NCBI RefSeq assembly: GCF_000315625.1
Contig: NW_005434603.1
Coordinates: 124,001 to 188,000 of the forward strand
Source of the DNA: Guillardia theta CCMP2712
Lineage: Eukaryota; Protista; Cryptophyta
Direction: 5' to 3'
Length of the DNA: 64,000 bases
Shown: piece after piece, positions 27,792 to 42,899 of the stretch
Numbering within the stretch: the stretch's first letter is position 1
Layout: each line of letters begins with the position of its first letter
Program-made: the position numbers and the translations under genes
Notes under the pieces: generated by a model
What the model saw: only the letters and a program-made list of their open reading frames with translations
What the model was told of the DNA's origin: nothing
The model's database searches: none

Positions 27792-30653
27792 ATGAGCACC
27801 TGGATCAGTGGCTTGTCTGTTGATACAGTTCAATATCAGATCAGTTCCCTTAAAACAGCTATCATCAAATTAGATGAGGCACATAAGGCATTGGAGGGTG
27901 TTGTTAGTACAAACACAGATGATATCCAAGCCAACGCAACGAGCATTGAAGCCAACGCAACGAGCATTGAAGCCAACGCAACGAGCATTGAAGCCAACGC
28001 AGCGAACATTCAAGCCAACGCAACGAGCATTGAAGCCAACACTACGAGCATTGACACCCTACAAACAAGTGTTGATGCCAACACCACGAGCATTGACACC
28101 TTACAATCAACAATAACAGATTTATCAAGTGATGTTGAAAACAACTCCAACGCAATATCTACCTTACAATCTATCATAAACCTAGCTGAGAATGCCAACA
28201 ATCAAACATTGACAGCACTGTTCAACAATGACTCCGATCTGATCCAATTGCTCTATGATGATCAAGCGGCTACTTATACAATCAGTTTGAGAAAGCAAGA
28301 TGGCTCATATATCACTGTTCAGGACATCATTGATAGCATCAATGGACTAGTAGATAGTGTTAATAGCATTTCAAACCCAGATGATGAAGCCAATCTTGGA
28401 GACATAGTTGATACAGCAAATAGCGCATTCGATATCTTCTCTGGTCTGGGTGACTTTGCTTCCGCTGGTGCTGGTTTTGTTGGGGGGTTGATAGCTTCAT
28501 CCTTGAATACTTCCAAGGCCGATGGTCTTTTTTTATTGAACTGGATTAATGTTTTACGGCTTGCTATTGGCACAGTGATCAATCTCTTAGAGACAGAGAT
28601 AATACATAGACTTCATCAAGACAGAGCAATCAAGATATATTCACGCAACACAACAGATGGATCACAACTCAATCTAGCTGCTGGCGAAGCATATGTATAT
28701 GATAGCACATATAAGATCGATGTTGAAGGAAACCCTACGACTGAACTAGATAGCAGGCTTATATCATTCCAAGGCGAGGAGATCTTAACACTAGGGAATG
28801 AACTGACACAAACAGAATTAGATGAACATGTGTTTGGTTTTACACTACAGGAAAGCGAAACCTCTGGTGGTATTATTGAGATGATCAATGTTTTGAGAGA
28901 CTACAAAACAATCTTCAAAGGTAAGACATTGTTTCTTGATGATGTTGTTTTACAAAACTATTACAACAAAACAGAAATTGATACAAATTATTACAATAAG
29001 ACATACATTGATGGATTAAACATTGGAGTTGGGGATCTATACATCAACGATACAAACTATTTATCGACTGTCTCAGGTCAATATGGCAGTGTTCAAATCA
29101 ATGGTTCAGGAACTAATAATTGGGAAGGATACAGCATTGATGGCAGGGTTGTATTTACGCATGATGGCAATAATGAATGGGGCATTTATGACGATGTCAA
29201 TAATAGATGGAAGTACAAAAATAATATTGATGTTGCTCTTGATGAAGCAAACAATAACACTTGGATTGAAAGCAAATCCTTGGTTATTCAAAACAGTTTA
29301 GGCACACCATCAGATGAAAGAACAAATAGGAGAACAAACTTAGCTTTTCATGTTCACACTTCATCAACTTGGGCAGGTGGTGTAGCAGCTGAAACAATAA
29401 CAAAGGGAGCAACTTATGCTTCTATATCAATACTTGGAGGAGATAAAGCAAATCCATATCAAGGATTTTCAGCAACTGGTATGTCTGGATATGGTGCTCT
29501 TGTAAAAGAAAGAGAGGTTATTAAGATTTATCCACATGGAACCAATTTTGATTTTAGAACTATAACCGTTGATGTTGATTTTGCTGCTAATATCAATTGC
29601 GCAAACAATCTAAGCATATCAGGCACATCAACCTTAACCGGAGCCGTTACTTGTTCAGCAGCACTGAGCGTAGGAACTACATTGAGTGTAACAGGCACAT
29701 CATCCTTTACCGGGAATGTTGTATGCTCTGGAGATTTGACCGTCAATGGGAATTTAGTCGCCACAGATTATGCCGATGATTTGGATGTCACTGGCACTCT
29801 ATCAGTGAGTGGCACTTCAACTCTTACTGGAAATGTTACTTGTTCAGGAACATTATCTTCATCTGGAAATATTTCCACAAGTGGAAGCTATCATATTTCA
29901 GGCACTGAAATTTTACAGAGTGACAGCACTTGGACAAGACTTTATGGACGATCTAGTGGATGCGCTATTTACAAAGGCATTTCAATGAATGATCAAGGTT
30001 ATTTAAATCTTGGAGAATGGGCGAGAATAACAGATAATTATGTGAAATGTACTGGAATAAGCCTCGACCGTATCTATATACCCAAAGGTGGTTCTGGTGC
30101 TGTTGATAGTGGACAATGGGTTATTTATAAACTCTTAAATTCTGTATCATTTGGAGGAACTAGCGCAACAAATGATTTGATGTTTCAATATGGGGGGCTT
30201 GATGATACAGGTGAACAATGGTTGAGACACGATGACAATGCCAATGATGATCTAGACTTTACCGGCTCTCATCGTTGTATTGCTGAAACCTCAAATCTAT
30301 TAGATGAGATAACATCTAACCTTGACTACTATCAGGGTCTCTTGGTTTCTACCACTGGATTTTATCAAGACTTGAATAGAACAGATTATGATTTTAGCTC
30401 TAACATTCGCATTGATAGCTCGCTGCCAATAATCAAATTAACAGACATTCAATGTGACAAAGCTGTGTATGGTGTGATCTCAAATGTGGAGGGAGGAGAT
30501 AAAAGAATCTATAAGACTGGAAGGTGGCATTATTCATATCCCAAGCTTGACAACAATAGAGTTATGATCAATGCGGTCGGCGAGGGGGCTATATGGTGCT
30601 GTAATTATGGCGTTGAAGCCATAGAGAATGGCGATTATCTATGTTCAAGGTGA
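27792..30653 (+). CDS. Viral trimeric fibre / receptor-binding-like protein, 953 aa, C-terminal chaperone/autoprotease-like domain truncated
   Basis: IEANATS heptads, NYYNKT[EY]ID x2, LSV[ST]GTS[ST][LF]TG[AN]V repeats, and DFTGSHR...SLPIIKLT..DKAVYGVIS..RVMINAVGEGAIW..IENGDYLCS as in marine viral fibre C-termini. Confidence 0.8.
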   Translation: MSTWISGLSVDTVQYQISSLKTAIIKLDEAHKALEGVVSTNTDDIQANATSIEANATSIEANATSIEANAANIQANATSIEANTTSIDTLQTSVDANTTSIDTLQSTITDLSSDVENNSNAISTLQSIINLAENANNQTLTALFNNDSDLIQLLYDDQAATYTISLRKQDGSYITVQDIIDSINGLVDSVNSISNPDDEANLGDIVDTANSAFDIFSGLGDFASAGAGFVGGLIASSLNTSKADGLFLLNWINVLRLAIGTVINLLETEIIHRLHQDRAIKIYSRNTTDGSQLNLAAGEAYVYDSTYKIDVEGNPTTELDSRLISFQGEEILTLGNELTQTELDEHVFGFTLQESETSGGIIEMINVLRDYKTIFKGKTLFLDDVVLQNYYNKTEIDTNYYNKTYIDGLNIGVGDLYINDTNYLSTVSGQYGSVQINGSGTNNWEGYSIDGRVVFTHDGNNEWGIYDDVNNRWKYKNNIDVALDEANNNTWIESKSLVIQNSLGTPSDERTNRRTNLAFHVHTSSTWAGGVAAETITKGATYASISILGGDKANPYQGFSATGMSGYGALVKEREVIKIYPHGTNFDFRTITVDVDFAANINCANNLSISGTSTLTGAVTCSAALSVGTTLSVTGTSSFTGNVVCSGDLTVNGNLVATDYADDLDVTGTLSVSGTSTLTGNVTCSGTLSSSGNISTSGSYHISGTEILQSDSTWTRLYGRSSGCAIYKGISMNDQGYLNLGEWARITDNYVKCTGISLDRIYIPKGGSGAVDSGQWVIYKLLNSVSFGGTSATNDLMFQYGGLDDTGEQWLRHDDNANDDLDFTGSHRCIAETSNLLDEITSNLDYYQGLLVSTTGFYQDLNRTDYDFSSNIRIDSSLPIIKLTDIQCDKAVYGVISNVEGGDKRIYKTGRWHYSYPKLDNNRVMINAVGEGAIWCCNYGVEAIENGDYLCSR
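27923..28110 (+). repeat. 21-bp coding tandem repeat (IEANATS heptads)
   Basis: Unit GCCAACGCAACGAGCATTGAA repeated with decay. Confidence 0.9.
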
Positions 30654-31199
30654 AGCTCTTTATCTAGCACGACTATGAGCGTTGTTATGAATATACCTTT
30701 GAAACATGTTGATAATGATCATGATACAGACTAGGCCGTGTAGACCATTAGTTGTTATGTTGCTTATGGTATGAAGGCATCTGTTAGTTTTTACGTGAGG
30801 CGTGATAACCTGATGCGGAGACAATCTAACAACTGAGCGATAGTGCACTTAGGACAGATGCGCAATGAAGCTAGATTTGTTTATGTATAGCACTAAGGAT
30901 GCACATGTCGACGCCTCATGCAACCTGCTGGCCGCGGCTTAAATGCCAAGCTAGGCTGCTTGTATGCCGAGGTCTAGCTAGTGCTCGTAGTACCACAATA
31001 AGTAAATTTGGCATGTGTACTGAACTCGTACCTTGCCTCATGCTTTCATCGTACTAATGCGCCACACGTACGTCTACGTTTGGTACACATTGTCGATTCT
31101 AGCATTTTCAATGTGACACATCTTGCAAGCGTACGAAACCTCTTACGACTGCTTGCATGATGCCGCCATGTTTGGAGACTTGCAAGCCAAACCAAGTTA

Positions 31200-31545
31200 T
31201 TCAGTGCTGCGGCCGCTGGCCAGCACTGCGGCAGTCGCCGCTGTTTGAACCCGGCAGTACCGTCTGTTCATGACAGTGACTCAAAGTTAAGTTAAAAATC
31301 ACTGCATTCACTCACTGTGAGTGGACCAGGCGGCTCGGGAAGTTTAAGTTTGAAGTTCCGAACTTGGAACTAGGAAGTTCCGCCACCGTCTGATCAGAGG
31401 TCCGGGATCGCCGGGTGTCTTCCGATGCGCGCCGGACCGCAAGTTACCGCCGGTCACCTGAGGCTGGCCGCCTGCGGCCGATGGCGAGTGGCAAACTGCG
31501 ACTTTCTGTAACCGACTCCGTCACGACTCTGAGTGTAGTCACAGT
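31200..31545. repeat. GC-rich low-complexity 'word' island 2
   Basis: AAGTTAAGTT, AAGTTCCGAAC, CAGTGAC and GGCCG words. Confidence 0.5.
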
Positions 31546-32147
31546 AATAATATCCAAATGTTCTGAAATAATATCCAAATGTTCTGTGTCTAGATACGGT
31601 GCGTGCCAGGATATAACTTGTTCGGTATAGCCCAGCGACCAACTGGCTTCTTGCCAACTGCAAAAGGCCTCAACCTCGTAACCTTGTCTCGTCGGGCTTG
31701 CCAGCGGTGCGACTGAACCATGCCAATCCCATGACAGGCGGACGGCCCGTGGCCCACCGTTGCGATTTCGCAATGATCGATAGCGACGTGTGAAAGAAAA
31801 TTGGCTGCCACCCTTGTAAGCCCCTCTGAATTAGACGCATCCTGTAAGGCCTCACCTATCACACAAGACGTGATTCGCAACGATTCACTTATGGGTCGTA
31901 TGAGTAACGTGACCGCCAAAGATCCCCCGGTACTGCAGTTTTTAGTTACGTCACAGATAAGAAGAAAGGATTACGAAATTATTTGTCCAGACGGGGTGGG
32001 TTCTCGTATCCAGATCTTTCCGCCCTCCTTCCACGACTCTACTTCTACCTCCTCCCTCCTTGCAATCAACACTGCATCCTATCCTGTTCTAGCTAACAAC
32101 ATCGACAACATCTTAGTGCACCACCCAACAACGCCTCTTGTTAACAC

Positions 32148-32459
32148 ATGCATCGTTCTCAGCAGACCCAGGACACCTTCGACTCCCTCGCTCTCCTTTC
32201 CAACGTGTCAGATGATCTCTCACAAGTTCCTTCCGACCTTCTCCACGAGCTACCTCCTTCCCGCCGATCAAAAGAATTTGAGACGACTTTCTTGCCTTGC
32301 GACCATGAGGTCTCCTGCTTGACCCGACAGCTCTCAGCTAAGCAGCTCAACCCGACCAAGCAGAAGCAGCTCAGGGCCCTGGAGCACTGCATCAAGCTAC
32401 TGATCTCCAAGGAGCGCCCCAAGATCAAGAACACTGTAGGAGTGTGGATGACAATGTGA
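32148..32459 (+). CDS. Small protein family, copy F, 103 aa
   Basis: Shares SRRSKE with copies A-C and ..KQKQLRALEHCIKLLISKERPKIKNTVGVWMTM with copy E. Confidence 0.78.
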   Translation: MHRSQQTQDTFDSLALLSNVSDDLSQVPSDLLHELPPSRRSKEFETTFLPCDHEVSCLTRQLSAKQLNPTKQKQLRALEHCIKLLISKERPKIKNTVGVWMTM

Positions 32460-32709
32460 AAATAATATGGCAGCGAGGAAAGGGTAATAAAATGCAACAT
32501 GGGAATAATTCCTGTCTCTGCCCGCTTGCCCTTGCGCTCCTTTGAATCGTCTTGTTGGAGGGTGTAGGTTTCGACGCCCATGTGTTGATGAGTGAAGACT
32601 TGAGCTCCTTCACAGTCCCTGCTTTCTTGGAGTCATGCACAGATCTTATTGTCCTGGTTCTTCGAGGAGGAGACTCTAGTAGGTATACATCCGAGTCAAT
32701 CATGACATG

Positions 32710-33380
32710 TCACAGTGAACTCGCTGAGTCCCGGTCCGGTCGTCGCCAGAACCCAAGTTGATGGGTACTACGAGACAGTTGAGTTACGGTATGCACTACC
32801 ATGATGATAGTTCACGAAGCCGTTGAAGGCCATCCGATCCAACTGGCAAGCATGTGAAAGAGCCTTCTCAGATGCGGGGCCCGGGGTGGCGCCGGTACTC
32901 AGAATCGAGCTTCTATCCGCTGATACCGTCTACACTGACACTTATGATAGTAGTCCGGCAGCCCGGCAGGCGGCCGCGCGGTCGGGCTAACTTAACTAGT
33001 AACGGAAGTTCGCCGCCGCGGGCCGTCCGATCCGGCGGGGCGCACGTCTGCGGCCGGAGTCCGATCCGACGTGGCTGCTCAGGCCGGCTGAGCAGCCTCC
33101 GACGGTCACCGTGGCAGTGCCAGGGCCGGAGTGGCATGGCAGTCACTGGGCCGCGGAGCGCGGCCCCCGCGGCTGAGCCCGGATGATCTGCCGCCGACTC
33201 AGGCTGACTCGGTCGCAGTGACCGGGCCGGCCGGGCCCCTCAGTACGATCCGGGACGTAAGTTAAGTTACACCGTACTGGCTAGCCCGTGACCCGGGCCC
33301 CGGCCCCGTGATCCCGGGACCCGGAGCCTCGGACTCCCGGCGGGCCCAGCCGCGAGTGTCAGTGCGGGCCGGTTGAAACT
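32710..33380. repeat. GC-rich low-complexity 'word' island 3
   Basis: Dense CCGG/GGCC, GACTCAG, CTGAG, AAGTTAAGTT. Confidence 0.6.
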
Positions 33381-33887
33381 GTGGCATAGAAGGTGCTAGT
33401 AGTCGCCCTACTTCCTACGCCTCACGATAAGACCCAGACTTGACGGGCGGCGGCGGAGCAACAATGGTATGTGTGGCGGCATGAATCAGGAGAACGGTTG
33501 GAAGGGAAGCAGAGGGCTCATGGGGAAGTAGACGAGGAGAGGAGGAGAGAGTCGATCCTAGGAAGCGATCTCGGATGTGGGAGCTAGTAGAGTGTGAGAG
33601 CAAGAGCCTGAGACGCTGAGTGCTGTAGTGCTGAGAACAGGGAGCCCGGAGGACCCCTATCCTTCAGCTCAGTCTCTGAAATGCCCTTGTCCGGGATGAA
33701 ATACTCAATCACTGCACTAGAAGAACAGTGATTGCGGTCTTGAAGGGTGATGGTGTCTCCTTGCAAATGTAGTCTGTCCTGAAAGTGATCGCAACTGGAC
33801 GGAATCATTCGATATGGGCGGTTGGAGGCGCGCTCTCATATCATATGGTGTGCAGGCTCGCAGTTGAGGAACTTCTAGCTCAAACGC

Positions 33888-36800
33888 ATGTCGGCGCCTT
33901 CTGCTCTTGAAAGCCTGGGCAAAACTTTGACAGAGTGGAGACAGCGGGAGGAGGAGCGGAGAAAAGCTGGCTCCCAAGGTGACGGAGAAGGATGGGACAA
34001 CGACGACATAGCTGCCAGACTGGAGGAGCAACAGGCAAAGCTGGAGACAGCCAACAAGGCCTTCGAGGCTGCGGTAAGTCGAGGCATGCTTCGTTGCCTC
34101 CCACGTGAACCATGCCCTTGGTCAGGTCCGCGCCAAGGACCGTCATGCTTACTTCATGGCGAGAGTGGCGCTGGGTCAGTGTAAAGATGCATATGTGAGC
34201 TGTGAGCTGAGACCGGGTCAAGTGGTAAAGTCACCGCAGGCGCAGCTGGCAGAGTCGAGGAACGAGGCGAGCTTGTCGCTGAAGCTGCAGCAGCTCGAGC
34301 TGGACATCGAGCACATGGAGGCCCAGTCTCCTCTTGTTACTCTGTCGACCGCCACGTCCCTCGACAACTCGGCCACGGTCTGATCAAATGCCGGCGACTG
34401 TTGCGATTTATCTCCGTGATGTTCATGTTTGTTGTGACTTGCGTGTGCTATGTTGATGTGGTTGTTTGCCATCGTTTCCGTCGGTTTCCTCGTGGACGGT
34501 TGTTGACAGGGATGCGGTGTTGAAGCCCGATGCTCCTTGTCGAGCTGAATGAATGTGCTCCTGACTTTGCCTGGCTGGCAGGTCACGCCAAGGGAAGATG
34601 ACATGTACTCGAGAATGGATGAGTGTGAGTGATAGCCTTGAACATGAACTGATGGCGTGACGGGTGAGCAACAGCCGTCGCGTCTCTTGTCAGGAGCAGA
34701 CTCGGTACCTCACTGATCTCAGTCAAGGTGCAACATTGACGATCTCGAGGTAGATGACGAGGCGTCTGCGGATGAAACGACCAACGTCTCCAAGGTATCC
34801 TCCCTTGCTGCTCTTCTTCTCCTTCCCATGACAACCTCTTCGTAATCAGAAGGTCAACGCGCACAAGTCAAGGAGGCTGACAGGTCTGCGACCCCTTCGT
34901 GTTAAACGTCGGCTGACCCTCCGATCGCAGATGATGACCTAAGTCATCAGAAGGTCTTTGCGGATAGCCTTCCTTACAACATTATGCTCCTGCTCATTCT
35001 CCTGCTCCTGCTCCTCTGCTCGTGCTCCTGTGCTCCTTCTCTTTCTGCTCTTGCCCATTCTGGTTGTTGACCCATCTCCTTTTCGTCCCCCGTGCGTCTC
35101 CTCAAGTTCTCTCTTCGTCCTTGTTTCCCAGTCTCACGTCCTGCCCATTCGCTGACTTCGCGCTGTCTCAGCACAACGAGACCGCAAGCTCGCGAGGCTC
35201 TTCGCTGGAGCACACAGACCTCCGGACGCACCTGCAGCGCTTGGAGGAGCTCGAGGCAGCCCTTCACTTGGAGAGGCTGCGCATCCTCGACTGCATCAGC
35301 AACGACAAGGTGGATGCCTCGCCTCTTCTGCGTGCTCCTCTTCCCCCCCTCCCCCCCTCCCCGCCGCCGCCGCCCTCCTCCTCCTCCTCCTCCTCCTCCT
35401 CCTCCTCCTCCTCCTTGTTTATGGAATCTTGCTATTTTGACTCCGACTATCATCTCTATCGCATTTTTGACCCTCCTCTTCCTCCTCAGGCTCAGATCTC
35501 GCCCGGGAAATTTTCTCCTCCCGCCTCGGCTGGGTCTGGCTTGTTCCTTCCTTCTTCTTTCTCTTCCTAATCTCTTCCTATAGTCCTCCCCTCACTCCGC
35601 CGTCTGGCATACCCAGAGACAGAACTCCAGGTGAGAGAGACTGATGAGGAAAAGGAACAGGAGGAAAAAGTATCTCAGGGGGAGGAAGAGTCTCAGGACG
35701 AGGACGAGGACGAGAAGACTCGGGAGGAGGAGGAGACTCGGGAGGAGGAGGAGGAGGAGGACCAGCTCTCTGTTCAGCTAACAATGGGGAGCAGGAGCAA
35801 GAGGATCCTCCCCTCAGGCCTCCGTCTTCGATCGCTCCTCCCCTAGTCCGACGCTCTCCTCTATGGATCGCGGCCCCCTACTGCAGCGAGACTTCAGACT
35901 CGTCGCAAAGAACGTGGACAGAAGTTTTGAGGAGCTCAGAGCAGGTGCAAGGGCTAGACTTGTCCGCCCCAGCTCCTCCTTCATAGCCGTCTGTCTCGCT
36001 CCTTCCCTCTCGCCTCATTTGTAACCGATCGCTCCTCCTTGCTCCTGACCCTTCTTGCGGTCTTGCTTTGATCCTTTCCCCTTTCTCTCCTTTCCTCTCA
36101 CACTCTTTCAGTCTCCTCCTCCTCCTCCTCCTCCTCCTCCTCCTCCTCCTCTTCCTCCTCCTCTCCTCGACTGATTTCATCGTGCTGGAAGAACTTCCCA
36201 AGTATTCAATCCGTGGTGGCAGGAGAGGTGTGTACTTCTGATCCTGCTTGACAACCATTCGCACACGAGTCGTTCTGTTCTCTTCCTGATTGTTGTGCTC
36301 GAAGATGAGCTTTCACAAGGAGAGCATGTCCGAGCAGAGGAGGCGAGGAGGATGCGGAGGGCAGGGGGGCAGGAGCGCCTGGACCCGCTGAGGAAGGGAG
36401 TGGAGGAAATGATGGAGAGGACGCGAAATCTGTTTGGTGACAAGGATGAAGACGAAACGTGAGGAGGAGGAGGAGGAGGAGGGGGGGGGGGGAGGAAGAG
36501 GAGGAGGAGGAGGAAGAGGAACAGGAGGAGGAGGGTAACAGTAGTTTGCTGTAGGGGTGATGATTTCACGGACTCGTCACAGCTGCTGTCCAAGAGCGAG
36601 TGGGGAGACTCGTCGATGCTTTCATGGCGAGTGGAAACAAAGCAAGGTGATGATTCCTTTCTAGTTCTCTTTCTCTTTTTCCTCCCCCTCGTTTTTCACG
36701 ATTGCGCGCAGGACATGCAACTATCTCACATGAAAACGACGATGACAATCTGATCAGCCTGTCTGACTCACCGCAAGAAGCCGCGATAAAGCGAGTAAGA

Positions 36801-37460
36801 TTGAAATCGATCAATCATGATCATGATGGAGCTGATGGAGATGACGATGATTGTGGTGGTGGTGGTGGTGGTGGTGGTGATGATGATGATGATGAACGTG
36901 ACGACGGCGACGACGAGGATGTTGAAAACCATCATCAGATGCGACAAGAAGCTCATCGTATTCGTCGTCTCACTTCGCCTCCTCCTGATCTCAGCGAGCA
37001 TAGCGATACAATCTTCTTCTCCTCCTCCCCGATGCCGTTCCACCGCCCACCTTCCTCCACTTCCTCCTCCCCTGCCATGTCTCATCAACGCCCTCCTTCT
37101 TCTTCCTCCTCCCCTGCCATGCCGCAGCGTCGCCTGCCGTCATCCGCATCCTCAGTTGACAACAGCAAGTTTCCCATGCTGGTGTACGACGAGGTGAACA
37201 ATTGCTTTCTATTCCCCACCTCCTCTCCACTCTCTTCTCCTCTCCCTCCTCCTCCTCCTCCTCCTCCTCCTCCTCCTCTCCTCTCCTCTCCTCTCCTCTC
37301 CTCTCCACTCCTCTCCTCTCCTCTCCTCTCCTCTCCTCTCCTCTCCTCTCCTCTCCTCTCCTCTCCTCTCCTCCTTGTCAACCTCCAGGGCTTCTTTGCA
37401 TGAGCGATGATATGGCAGGTCAAGGGATATACTTTCACCAGCGAGGATGAGACAAGAGTG
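33888..37460 (+). CDS. Hypothetical multi-exon coiled-coil/low-complexity protein (may be more than one gene)
   Basis: Spliceable coding-like exons (ARLEEQQAKLETANKAFEAA|VRAKDRHAYFMARVALGQC; LKLQQLELDIEH; HLQRLEELEAALHLERLRILDC; FPMLVYDE). No known domain seen. Confidence 0.4.
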
Positions 37461-37876
37461 ACGGGTGGGGGTGAGAGCGGGAAGGAAGGGGAGAGGAGGA
37501 CAGCAAGCAACGTCGTTGGTGCCGAAGCGGCGAGGAGGCAGCAGGTAGTGGCAGAAGTTGAGATGCCCTCCATTTATGCCAGGGAGTTTCACGAGTATCT
37601 CAGCCACAGGAGCGGGAAGAGTGGAGGAACAGGAACAGGAGCAGGAGGGGCAGGAGGAGGTAGAGGAGGAGGAGGAGGAGGAGGAGTAAGATAACACCAA
37701 GGTCAGGGAAAGCAGATGCGGCGACAGGTCGCAAAAAGTTTTCAAGAAATCACATATTCATTCATCCTGATCCTCCTCGTCGACTTCCTCCTCCTCCTCT
37801 TTCTGCTCCTCCTCCTCCTCCTCCTCTTTTTGCTCCTCCTCCTCCTCCTCCTCTTTCTGCTCCTCCTCCTCCTCCT

Positions 37877-41440
<3,564 letters not shown>

Positions 41441-42899
41441 AGTCACCCGGCGCTCTCGCGACCAGCCTGCTGGCTGTCACCTCTGCAGATGCAGGAAACC
41501 ATTAACAATCCCACGGCAGCAGGACAAGGCTGTCCTCAAAACGCATTCATCTCTTTGTCCTTTCCCCGAGGACGCGGTTTACTTTGCGACCCTGCAACAC
41601 TTGTCCGTCAGTCAGGCATCATGTGCTGGTGCGGCAAGAGCCATGATAAGCGACATAGACGTATCAAGGGCTACGATAGTCGCTAACATGTGCTAGATCG
41701 AGGTCGTTGGCATCGACTTTGGAGCAACAAAAATCTCATTCCTATCATCCTCAAGACGATGTTGCATTATGCATTCTAGATGGCAAGACGAGGGTAGGTA
41801 AAGCTTTCTGGACATTACAACCTTCGTCTTCTCACTTGAAAACTCTATCTGAATCCTCCCTCAATAAACTTTTGGTCGATATTGCCGCCTATATGTTCTG
41901 TTTCCAACCACTTTAACAAAATGAATGAGAACCAGGCGTGAATCAGCTCAAATATACGCGGCTCAATGAGCTACAAGTCAGCCTTGTGCCGTTTACGGTC
42001 GAGCTCTGTTTCTCACAAGACCAGCCATGACATGATGTACTACCTACCGTATAAGGTGTCTCTCCCGCAAACAAATCAAACCCATTCACCACCTCATCTC
42101 GATCGCATGTTCTATCTACCCATAGAGTCTACCTGCTCCTCCGCTCCTCCTCTCCTCCTCTCGACGTCGTCGACCTCTTCCTCCTCTCTTCCCTCCCTCC
42201 TCCGCTTCCTCCATCGTCTCATGGGGAACAAGACTCTCTCCTCTTCCATACCCACCCCGCCTAATATCCACCCTACATGAGCCCCAACCCCACAAATATC
42301 TACCCCTACCCCCTGGTATGAAATAAAGTACCCCTATTCTCGAAGTCTTATTGCCCTAGTCATGCTTATCCCTACCCCCTCTTATGATGCTTCACATGGC
42401 AAGATTCCCAACTACATCGAAATTACATGGTTCATGGGTATCTAAATTTCAAATGAACACTCAAATCATGAAACTGATTGGCGAAACTGTTTCTTTGCCG
42501 ACGAGCGATGGCGAAATGTGCGCGCCGATGGCGGGAGAAAGGAGAGAGTGAGGAAGAGACAAGTGAGGTATGATTCAAAGAGTTACAATTACAGAACACA
42601 CAAGCTCGTAAAAACAGAGAAAGAGGAGGAGGAGAAGGAGAAAAGAAAAACGGTGGGGAAAATCAATTCTGGACGACTATCAGTGCATGAACTTGTAAAA
42701 TCTGTCAAGAAATCTCTGCAACAAGGCAGGGTGTTAAAGACGAGCATGTGCCTGAGGAAGGGCCTTACCCAATGAACAGCCGTTGGAGAAGGAGGCATTG
42801 AGGGAGGAGCGACGACAGTGAGGTTGGCGGCTAAACTCCATCCTGAAGCAACGTCAGTGATGCGGATAACAGTACAGAGGTGAACAGGAAGAGCAGCAA

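Larger units (their letters stand above)
26580..30653 (+). mobile_element. Endogenous dsDNA virus-like remnant (probably Polinton-like virus / virophage type), truncated on the right
   Basis: Abrupt switch to AT-rich intronless DNA with AAATG starts; two ORFs 17 nt apart; fibre-like protein; hairpin-rich leader. No capsid, ATPase, integrase or polymerase gene in the window. Confidence 0.75.

Noticed and set aside
31546-31586. 21-bp tandem duplication AATAATATCCAAATGTTCTG as a target-site duplication of the viral insert
   Set aside because: The two copies are adjacent rather than flanking the element; local slippage
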